From Lobosporangium transversale (lineage: Eukaryota), in contig NW_019029004.1 of NCBI RefSeq assembly GCF_002105155.1, positions 248,001 to 312,000 on the forward strand: a DNA stretch of 64,000 nucleotides, written 5' to 3'. The notes below the pieces were generated by a model. That model was not told the origin of the DNA and did not search any database. It was given only the letters and a program-made list of their open reading frames with translations. The position numbers were made by a program, and so were the translations under genes. Below are positions 54,550 through 64,000 of the stretch, one piece after another (within the stretch, counting starts at the first letter, position 1; every line of letters begins with the position of its first letter).

Positions 54550-56022
54550 TATGCCTTTTGCCAACGAGAAAATTATCTGCTCTAGAGTTGTTTCAAAGAC
54601 ACATGTTTTACTTATTGATTTGTGTATTTTGTTGTTTGTTATTGCAATGAGCCAGAATCCTGTCGCGCAGTGCATATCGTTTTTAGAGATAAAAAAAAAA
54701 AGCAAAAAAAACAAGTTAAAAGATAATCTGGCAGTGAGTGCTTGCGCAGCTCATCATATACACAGGTACAAAGGAAAATAGTATTCCTGATCTCTCAGCA
54801 ATCCAACGTCAATGCAAGTTTTCCAATTGTATCGGATGATAAACTAAGGCTTTTCATAAGCTTATCATAGATCCATTGATAGGGAATTGAATTGCAAGGA
54901 TCCGCCTCTTTTAAAAGTACTGATGACTCCCACATGGAAAGTCGTGCGCAGTTTAGGTTCGAGTGGCTATTTGTAAACATCCATTGTCCTCCACGCAAAC
55001 TTTAAAATTATAGGATGGTTAAATGGTTGAAAGGATACTCGGCTCCGTGTTTATTCAACATTCACTCAGCTCTTTTCTGAAGTCTATCCAAGATAAGAAA
55101 AGAATAAGAAGGATAGAATGTGTTCGTGACCATATGAGTACGTGTGATGTTACCAGTTATGATTAATCAAAAAAAAAAATAAAATAAAAATAAAAAAAAA
55201 AAAAAAAATAGAAGTTGTATGGCTGTTGAAAGAGATTGTAAGCTTAGCGTGGTCAAGTTATATTTGTATATTAGGGAGCCGGGAATGGATTTATCCATGT
55301 GAACAGTAAACTTTTTAAACTTAAAGGATAAACGAAAAACGGGTATTGAAAACCTTTCCGAATGAGCTGGATTTAATAAAAAAAATGTACATGTACTTGT
55401 AAATAGACGAAGATACAAACACCATATTGTCAGTTTACTGAACAGGCAATTGGAGAAGCTGTTTTGACACTCGTTGAAGACTACACGTACCATGCTTTGC
55501 CTGCCACTCGCACATGACGAAGGGACAGACCAATAATTGAATATTCGTATTATTTTAATCGCCTACAATGGGTGTCAACCTCTTTTACTCTTTTAGAACT
55601 TGAACGTTGCAAATTCTTCCAAATACAGGAAAAGATACAAATCTTTGTAAACCTCTGAAGATGGCAGAATTGCCAGGAAGTGGCATCCTAAATCAAAGCT
55701 TACACCATCCACCTTGTACTTGCAAACAATTAAATTCGGAAAAAAGGCAAAAAAGAAAAAGTGTCGAACTATTGAGCAGCCTCTTACCCAACATATTTAT
55801 ATTCAGATTTTCCAATGAACTGCAAGCACTGAATACCTTGAAACATTTTTTTCTACAGAGTAAGACATTTTCGATAAAACGACTGAGCCAGGAATTGAAG
55901 GGCCGATGTTCTGGTAAATTCAGCTTGTGTTTAAAATGACGAATCTGAATACAGATTATTGGTTTGGTCATCAAACACCCCGTAAATGTCATATTTCTGC
56001 CTTTTACTCTTTTACTACAGTC

Positions 56023-56127
56023 CTTCCAGCAACTTCTCGCGTCTACTAGAAACAGGAGCGGAGGAAGACTCCATGACTTCATTTATATTCCATGAAGTCA
56101 TGAACTGACATCCCAAGTCTATAAAAA
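56023..56127 (+). promoter_or_regulatory. Putative degenerate heat-shock element (56023-56052) and TATA box (56120-56127)
   Basis: TTC-nn-GCA-nn-TTC-nn-GCG-nn-TAC-nn-GAA in exact 5-bp phase, then TATAAAAA, upstream of an Hsp40 gene. Confidence 0.5.
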
Positions 56128-56347
56128 ATGCCACCATTAACAAAGCACATTTCTCTCTTCTTCCCCCCCTCCTTCCTCAACTCCACTTTTTCACACACAC
56201 AAACATCTTTCTTCGCACAAACACATTCATACATTCATACATACATTCATTCATACATTCATACATACATTCATATACATATTCCAATAATAGAAAGATA
56301 ATACATCTCGCATCAGAACTCCCAAACACAACAACTGTACAGCAACC

Positions 56348-57475
56348 ATGGGAAAAGATTATTACAACATCCTCGGCGTATCAAAAGATGCAGACGAAGA
56401 TCAGATCAAGAAGGCATATCGTAAACTTGCTCTAAAATACCATCCTGATAAGAACTCAGCTCCCGATGCCAAAAAGATGTTCCATGACATTTCAGAAGCC
56501 TATGAAGTCTTGAGCGATAAGAACAAGCGTACCATCTTTGACCAATATGGTGAGGAGGGTCTTAAGGGCGGTGCCGGCCCCGGAGGCCCTGGCGGACCTG
56601 GTGGTGCCGGTGGTTTCCCTGGCGGGTTCAGTGGCTTCCCTGGTGGTGGTGGACACACTTTCACTTTCACTTCTGGAGGTCCTGGCATGGGAGGAGGTGG
56701 ATTCAGACCAACGGACGCAGAGGACATCTTCAAACAGTTCTTCTCATCCTTTGGTGGTGGCGGTGGATTTGCAGATGATGATATGCCCGGATTCAGTACG
56801 GGTACAAGATCCGGTATGGGTGGTATGGGAGGCATGCCTGGTGGCATGGGCGGCATGGGAGGAATGGGAGGAATGGGTGGCATCCCTGGTATGGGCGGAC
56901 GAGCCCGGGCACAACAACAGCAGCAACAATCTGCACCCGAGAAGCCGCCAGCGCTGGTCCGCAACCTAGTCGTCTCGCTCGAAGACTTGCTCAAGGGTGT
57001 TACCAAGCGCCTCAAGGTCACACGCAAAGTTCGTGATGGATCAGGACGATCCACCGACAAGATCCTTACCGTTGATGTCAAGCCCGGCTGGAAGGCTGGC
57101 ACAAAGATTCGTTTTCCCAATGAAGGCGATGAGTTGGCCAATGGTGCCACACAAGACATTGAGTTCATCATTGAAGAGAAGCCTCACCCGACATTCACTC
57201 GTCGTGGCGATGACTTGATCGTTGATCTGGAGCTCACACTGCTAGAAGGTTTGACAGGGTTCTCAAAGACAGTCAAGACCTTGGATGGACGGACGTTGCC
57301 AGTTTCTGCTTCGCGTGTGATCCAACCCGGTCAAGAGGAGCGGTTCCCCGGCGAAGGAATGCCAATCTCTAAAAAGCCTGGACAAAGAGGCGATCTCATT
57401 GTCCGCTTCAATGTCAAGTTCCCTAAAGAGCTTACATCAGCGCAAAAAGAAGGCCTCAGGAAGATTCTTGCATAA
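56348..57475 (+). CDS. SIS1: Class B Hsp40/DnaJ chaperone, intronless
   Basis: J domain with HPD, G/F and G/M regions, [13 protein letters not shown]-terminal domain, no zinc finger. Confidence 0.95.
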   Translation: MGKDYYNILGVSKDADEDQIKKAYRKLALKYHPDKNSAPDAKKMFHDISEAYEVLSDKNKRTIFDQYGEEGLKGGAGPGGPGGPGGAGGFPGGFSGFPGGGGHTFTFTSGGPGMGGGGFRPTDAEDIFKQFFSSFGGGGGFADDDMPGFSTGTRSGMGGMGGMPGGMGGMGGMGGMGGIPGMGGRARAQQQQQQSAPEKPPALVRNLVVSLEDLLKGVTKRLKVTRKVRDGSGRSTDKILTVDVKPGWKAGTKIRFPNEGDELANGATQDIEFIIEEKPHPTFTRRGDDLIVDLELTLLEGLTGFSKTVKTLDGRTLPVSASRVIQPGQEERFPGEGMPISKKPGQRGDLIVRFNVKFPKELTSAQKEGLRKILA

Positions 57476-57759
57476 GAGAAACTTTTTTTTCTTTTCCTTT
57501 TCCTTTAATTCTCCTTATTTGTTTGCTAACCTCTCATCTCTACTCCATCCTTTCACCCTATTTTTTCCAGCGGGACTTTTTTTGGTTTTTTTTTTTTTTC
57601 ATTTGTACCTGTAAATTCTCCACCACCTCTCCTCCTTGTAAATAATATCAATAAATAAAATAAAAAAAGATCATGATAAACATCACTTTTATTTTTGCAT
57701 GAATACAGAAAGTTAAACATGTCATATAAAAAATCCAGAGATGGGAAGGGAGTTAATTT

Positions 57760-58730
57760 TTATGTGTCGTATTCTGGAGGAACTACCATGGTTTCAAAAT
57801 CCCAATAGAATTGGATCGCATCCACATAACCCTCATTGTCTTTGTTACTACTGGTTCCACTATTAGAAAGAGACATATCTTGGCCTTGACCACGGAGGCG
57901 ACCCGCCTTTGGAACCCGACCAGTTTCCTTGAAGCCGAGACGGCGCCACAATCTGATAGAGGCTATATTCGAGACAAAGACCAGATTGAACATGGAGGCC
58001 TTGTAGCCGATGACAGGGACGATTTTCAAGAATGCCTTGCCAAGGATCTGCCCGATACCAAGACCGCGATGGATAGGGTTGACTACGAAGCCTCCGTTAC
58101 AAATCTATCAAAAAAAAAGGGTAAAATTTAGTGTCACCAACAATGTCATCAAATACTCTGCCTTTTTGCCTGAATACTTACGTGGGAACAACGGCCCTAT
58201 TGGCAAAACAATATCAGAAAGAATAAGTGCACAGCCAGAGGAATAGATCAAAACATTGTGTTCCTTTTTTTTTTTTTTTTTTTTTTTTTAATTCTATTTA
58301 CAGGGTAATTAGGCTTAATGTAAAAGAAGCCTAAAAGTTCCTCCTCCCAATCCTCGGTACTTCTCAATGGAACATCGGACGCTTGCTTATAATTGCCCTT
58401 GACTAATACAAATGAATCTCCAGAGAAGAAGTAGTTTTCAAAATGGGTTTCATCCAAGGCAAACTCCTGAGGATAAGTATCACCACGCTCAACTTCTCCG
58501 TTGAATACTTGATGCATAGTCTCTACTAAGGTATGATGCGTAGCACCTGATAAAGAATAGATCTGTGACTCATTGTCAAGTGTTTCCTTTTGAGAAGCAA
58601 TGCGGAACAAGGTTGCATTCTTTCCATTTCCTTGGGCTTCATTGCTTCGGCATGTCGCATGGCGAGGTAAGACAGACGAGAGGCTGAGCCCAGAGACAGG
58701 GCGGGCGATGGTACCGTAGGCAGATGACAT
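57760..58730 (-). CDS. Mpr1-like GNAT N-acetyltransferase; exons 58730-58302, 58196-58182, 58104-57760
   Basis: GDTYPQE, LGFFYIKPNYP|GRCSH|ICNGGFVV, RGLGIG, YKASMFNLVF, LWRRLGF, GRVPKAGRL. Confidence 0.9.
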
Positions 58731-58878
58731 TGGTTAAACAAGCAAACAGCAAACAAGCAGGCATGGTTTTTTGTAGTTAAATATCATGTGATCGTAAGCT
58801 TGCATTCCAGCATTGTATGATGTTTCATTCAAAGCTTAGAATTAGTTTAGCCCAAGAACATCATCAGTGCAACAAGGG

Positions 58879-61800
58879 ATGAACAAAAATCTTAGCAATT
58901 TTTTCGGCCGCTCATCTCCTCCTTCTACCACGGAGCCTGATGACTACGATGACGATGGTAGTAAGGAGCATACTGGACTACTCTCACAGAATCACCAGTC
59001 AAAGCGTCATAGCGAGCACGATAGTCCTCATAATCTTGCTGAGAAATCTTCAAACGTTGGCAATGATGACAGCTATTGTGAAGGGAATACAAGCATACTT
59101 CATTCATTTTACGCGTCGCCAAAGGAAACAATAATACAGCGAAGCCAAGCCTCTATTCCTGGATCGTCTTCGAGTGGTATGTTACACTGTTCAATATCGA
59201 ATCTTAATTGCCCAAAAGAAACCTGCGATGCTTCTAACTAAACGGTTAGGACCTCTGACGGCTCTATTATAGACCAACATAGCGGCAGGGGTTCGTCAGT
59301 GTTTAACGACGATATTCTACAGATGTGGCGCCACGGCAAAGATAACGATGATAAAGGCAGCGGTCCATCTGATAAAAGACAAGGACTACATTCAAGCCTC
59401 ATCATCGAGGACGCATCTCCTCCATTGCCTAGCCATCCCTTTGTTTCTCGTGAAGACCTGAGCGCAAGTCAGCGTTTCGGCATGGATAACATCTCTGAAG
59501 GCGGTAAGAGTTTCATTTGCTTTTTTTTTTTTCTTTTATCTTTCTGTTCATTTTACTGTAGGATCTACTGTCTCACTGCCAATATAAATCCATCATGTAT
59601 TCGATGCTCTACAGCATTTGCTGTCCCGTCGAGCCTGTCGAATTCACAGCATTTACTACCACTATCAGAAGGAATAGAGTTGACTGGAATCAATGTCAAT
59701 AGTACCTCTAATGCCAGCCATACAAGTGTACATACGGCTACCAACGATACTGTTCCTTCAGATCCGAAAAAGAAGCGATGGGGACCCAAGACACAAAAGG
59801 CAGCGGCAGGTTTAGTCGAGCATTCAACTGAACATCCTCCACTCATAGATCACCAACTATCACATCCACCCAAACAGAAACCAATAACGAACAGCACGCT
59901 ATTTTACTCTACGGGTGTACAACTTGTTCCTACTGAAGGCCCACATACACAGTCAAATTCTTCTTCTTCCAAAGTAAACAAGGACTCACGGCCCAACTCT
60001 TCAACTTTTGAACTGAGATCAACCCCCTCTTCCAGTACAGGTTTTGTGTCTGGACTGTCTTCACTCAGAAATTCTATCATGATACCAGCTCTCCCATCTA
60101 ATAATAATAACTACAAGAGCAATAAGACAAGTAAGGCGGGCTCTGGATTACAAAATAATTCTCTAGCAGTTTCACAGAGCAGCCTTTTGGAATTTGCAGA
60201 CGATCATGAGCCATCAAAGCTGCGTTGGGGATCTCCCGAAAATTCATCATCTCTCGCAGAGTCCCCGTCTATATCATTCTTCCGAAATGGTTCTTTACCT
60301 TCAAGAAGGAATTCTGGTTCAAGCAGTGCCCACTCAGACAGAGGACATGAAAGACCCACGAGAGAGAGCTATGGCTACAGTGCAAGTCCCAAGGCCCATG
60401 CATCCCCATTTGATGTTGGTTTGGGCCATAAGCTATCCACATCTTCTTCCGTAGTGGCTGATCGAGCATCCTCTTCCAGACGACAGCGAGTGGCTAAACA
60501 TAATAAGGCGGCTCATTCACTCTCAATCCTTGAATCCGAATTTCAGCAACTGATACAGAAGCAGGGTCAACTCTCAGCTCATAAAACGGAGTTATGTAAG
60601 GAGTTGTTGTCATTATACAGTCGGCGGAACATAGGTGAACAGAAGCAGGAGGAAGCGGCCAAAGCGGAGCAATTTGATGATGCGGATACTGCAGCGACCA
60701 CAGTTTGTGTTGTTCAAGAACGAATACAGAAACTCGAGGCAATCTATGCCAAGACAGATGGGGAGCTTTGGAAGTGCAAGAAACGACAGGATGAACTCGC
60801 AAAGTCTATTTCAGAAATGCATCAGGAAGTACTACAAGAAATGGAGCAGATGCAACAAGCCCGAGAAAACGAGATAGCAGACTGCCGTGCAAAGATGAAT
60901 AAGGCTTTTGACCGAGAGATGGATAGGATTCAAGCAGAGAGGGAGGAGATAGAGAAGGAAAAGAGTGATATTGCGCTTGGCCAGGATTTCTTGGAAAAGA
61001 ATGAAGCCGAGCTATTGGAGCATATGGAAGAGGAGACCAAGACCGAGCAGGAGGAAATGAATGATTTGATTGTGAAGCAAAATGCTACCCGGGTAATGCT
61101 CGTCTTTCTTGCTACTCTTTTTGAATAGCCACTATGGTCCTTATATATTTTACTCATTCTAATCGGTCAATTTGATCTTTTCCCTTTATTATATTTTCAA
61201 ATGTGAATTCAGGCCGAGATTCAAGAGTTGACACAGAAGCTGGAGCTGCTGAACAGTAAAGACAAAGAACTGACTCGCAATATTAATATGCTTCAAAAAA
61301 AGATCAATGCAATTGTTAAACAATTTGACGATAAAGCCAGTGAGGCTTCACGCGAAAAACGAGAACTGGAGCGTCGGCAATTATATATTCAGCGAAGGAC
61401 ACAGGATCTCGAACGTCAAGAAGCTGGCGTCCAAAAGACAGCCCATCAAGCCGAAGCTGCTCAGAAGGAGGTTCAGGAAGAAATTAAAAATATTATCTTG
61501 CAGCGAGACCGTCTTGAGCAGGTGAGAAAGCTCTTTGAGGTAGAGCGAGTTACCTTACAAAAACTGCGTCTGGAGGAAGAGGCTTTCCGAGAGAAGGAGG
61601 CTGGCTGGAATATGCGGGCCTCTAGTTTAATGGAGGAATTGAAGGGGCATGAAGCAAAGATTGAGGCACTAACGAGCCGGAGTTCTGCAGACCAGAAAGC
61701 GATCTCTGATCTGCAACTAGCCCTGGAAGCAACGCAAAAACGCATGGGAACGATAGAGTCGCTCAAGGCGCTATCAGTCCAACGTCGCGATTTTAAGCAG

Positions 61801-62604
61801 GCCTCACGGTGCTCGAGTGAACTTGCGAAATGCCGGGACACAATTGGACAGCAACAGGCAGAGCTAGAAAAACTGACAATTAGGATCAGTGAGCCTGGTG
61901 TACAAGAACAACTTGAAGCATTGCGGCAAGAGTACGAGAAGGCAAGGACGCATGCGAGGAATGAGGAATCTAATTTGTCTAAAGAGATCCAAGAGGCGAC
62001 AGCTGATATTCTTTCCAGGCTGGATGCATTCGCTACAGTCTCATCCACCGCTGGTTCAGAGGATAAACAGCTCAAAAAGGATGGAGATGTTGTTGCAACA
62101 ACGGACGGTTGTAATAGTGCAGAACACTCTACTGCTGCCGCTGACCCAAGGGTGGCGGCTCCTGCGGCGATGGGTCAACTTTCTCAGTTGGTTCTTGATG
62201 AATTGCGACGTGAGATCAAAGATCTGCAAGAACTATCGCGGATACGGTTTGGGCGAGAAGAAGTAGTATTAGTATCTGCTTTTTTAGTGCAACCAGCGAA
62301 TCATCCGACAACATCAACCGACACGCCAGAAGAGAATAGCGCCGCTAGTACTGCTGTAACGGCTGTAATAGAAAACACTGAAACTAAAAAGCTTGCACTT
62401 GAACGCGACATTCAAGCCGCAGTTGCCGAAGAAAGTTACGAAGCGGCAGGTAAGGTTTACTAATTGTTATATTCAATTTGTTTTTAAGCACGGCATTGAA
62501 CATTGTATGCGTTTTATGCGTTGTTCATTAATCGACGAATATTTACATACATCTTTTGTTTTCAAAATATAGCGGAGCTACAGGCACAGCTTGATGCTCT
62601 GTAA
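58879..62604 (+). CDS. Long coiled-coil protein with UVR (UvrB/UvrC)-like motifs; about 5 exons
   Basis: ORFs joined by GT-AG introns; Ser-rich N-half, heptad-rich C-half; C-terminus LERDIQAAVAEESYEAA|AELQAQLDAL. Confidence 0.8.
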
Positions 62605-63203
62605 AAAGAACAATGATTCCTTTTTTCTTTTACCTTCCTTATACCCACACACCAAATTATTGTAGCGCAGTAATTAAATAGTATGTCAGAATGACTCAGA
62701 GAAGGCTAATGAAATGTATTCAAGGTACCAGGCACAAAAAAAGAAGTTTTTTAAAGCCAACTACTTCTTGTTTTTTTTTTTTTTTGTCCGGCACTCCTAA
62801 TACAGTACTGGCGTAGTCCTGACACACATGGTGCACATAGCATAGTGCATCAATATTTTCGTACTGGGTACATGTAATGTGCTGCGGGTAGATGAAAAAG
62901 AAAAGGGTCACATGATACAAAGCACGTCTTTTTTCAGGGCGGGCGGATCAGAAAGAAACAAAGAACCACCAATTGTTGTGTGCTTTTGTAAAAATATCTT
63001 CTCTTCTCTCTTTTCTTTTTTTTTTTTTGTCATCAATAACCCTCCTCATTAACAGCTAGAAGAAACAAATATTCGCATTTACTGTTGAGACTTTCCTACA
63101 ACATACCATAGAAGAAAAGAAAAAAAAAGCTTTAAGAACAGCGTGTTACCAGGACACAAAGACAAACAACACAACTCCCCAGTCAAAAGAAATCGGATTC
63201 ACC

Positions 63204-63920
63204 ATGTCATCTCCAACAACCATTAAAGCTGGAATTGCGCTTCCGCCCAAGAACCCTCACAAGTAAGACAAATTGGATTATTTATGAGTGCTTTGCAGTG
63301 GAAAGAAAGAAAGAAATAAAGAATCATCTTTATGGATACAGGTCCATTATGGTACTAACGACATTTGAGCACTGTGCTACATCGTGATACTGCAGGGTTC
63401 CAATTCCCGGTCAGCGTAACGTGTTGATTACCTCTGCCCTACCTTATGTTAACAACGTTCCCCACTTGGGCAACATTATCGGCTCCACTCTTAGTGCAGA
63501 TGTTTATGCAAGGTAAAGAAAAAAAAGTAGTAGATGGTGCTACAACTTCTGTTTTTAATCTTTATTTCTCATTTTTTTTTTTTTTTATTTTTTTTTTTAT
63601 TTTTTTTTTTATTTTAAAAAAAAAAGGTATCAACGTGTACGTGGTATCAATGCACTCTACATTTGTGGTACAGATGAGTATGGTACTGCAACAGAAACCA
63701 AGGCGTTGTCCGATGGCGTAACATGCCAGGAACTGTGTGACAAATACCACCCAATTCATAAACAGTGTTATGAATGGATGGAAATTGACTTTGACAAGTT
63801 TGGAAGAACTACGACCGAGGAGCAGACAAAGATTGCACAGGACATTTTCATGAGATTATACGAGCGTGATCTCTTAGTCGAGGATTCTATGCCTCAACTC
63901 TATTGTAGCCAATGCGATAG
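63204..63920 (+). CDS. MES1: Cytosolic methionyl-tRNA synthetase, 5' part (continues beyond window); exons 63204-63262, 63396-63512, 63627-63920
   Basis: [20 protein letters not shown] (HIGH-type motif), [22 protein letters not shown]. Confidence 0.96.
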
Positions 63921-64000
63921 GTAAGAGACAAGCAAGAAGCTTTTTACTAGGTTGGGTTACTCTTTGTCTCAATTGAGATAAGGAAGATACTGACTCTACT

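Overview
Eukaryotic, intron-rich fungal DNA with AT- and poly(T)-rich intergenic regions; gene content and intron style suggest an early-diverging fungus such as Mortierellaceae (inference). Genes in order: 3' part of acetylornithine aminotransferase, mitochondrial aconitase, calmodulin, sestrin, a two-TM membrane protein, a GNAT protein, two low-complexity proteins, nicotinamide riboside kinase, RPB4 (not recognisable in the ORF track), SGF29, sphingolipid C4-hydroxylase, Sis1-type Hsp40, Mpr1-like acetyltransferase, a coiled-coil/UVR-motif protein and the 5' part of methionyl-tRNA synthetase, plus three tRNA genes. The most striking structure is a nest of non-LTR retrotransposon insertions at about 2.6-10.2 kb, directly upstream of a tRNA-Gly gene. 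Four target-site duplications can be read from the sequence; three map to a narrow window about 100-145 bp upstream of the tRNA, all with element 5' ends facing it. The nest includes an RT/RNase H/zinc-finger LINE and, inside it, a full-length tRNA-derived SINE sharing the LINE 3' tail. Remnants of the same group recur beside a tRNA-Tyr pair at 31-32 kb. This looks like a tRNA-gene-targeted LINE/SINE system in a fungus; the targeting mechanism is inferred, not shown.
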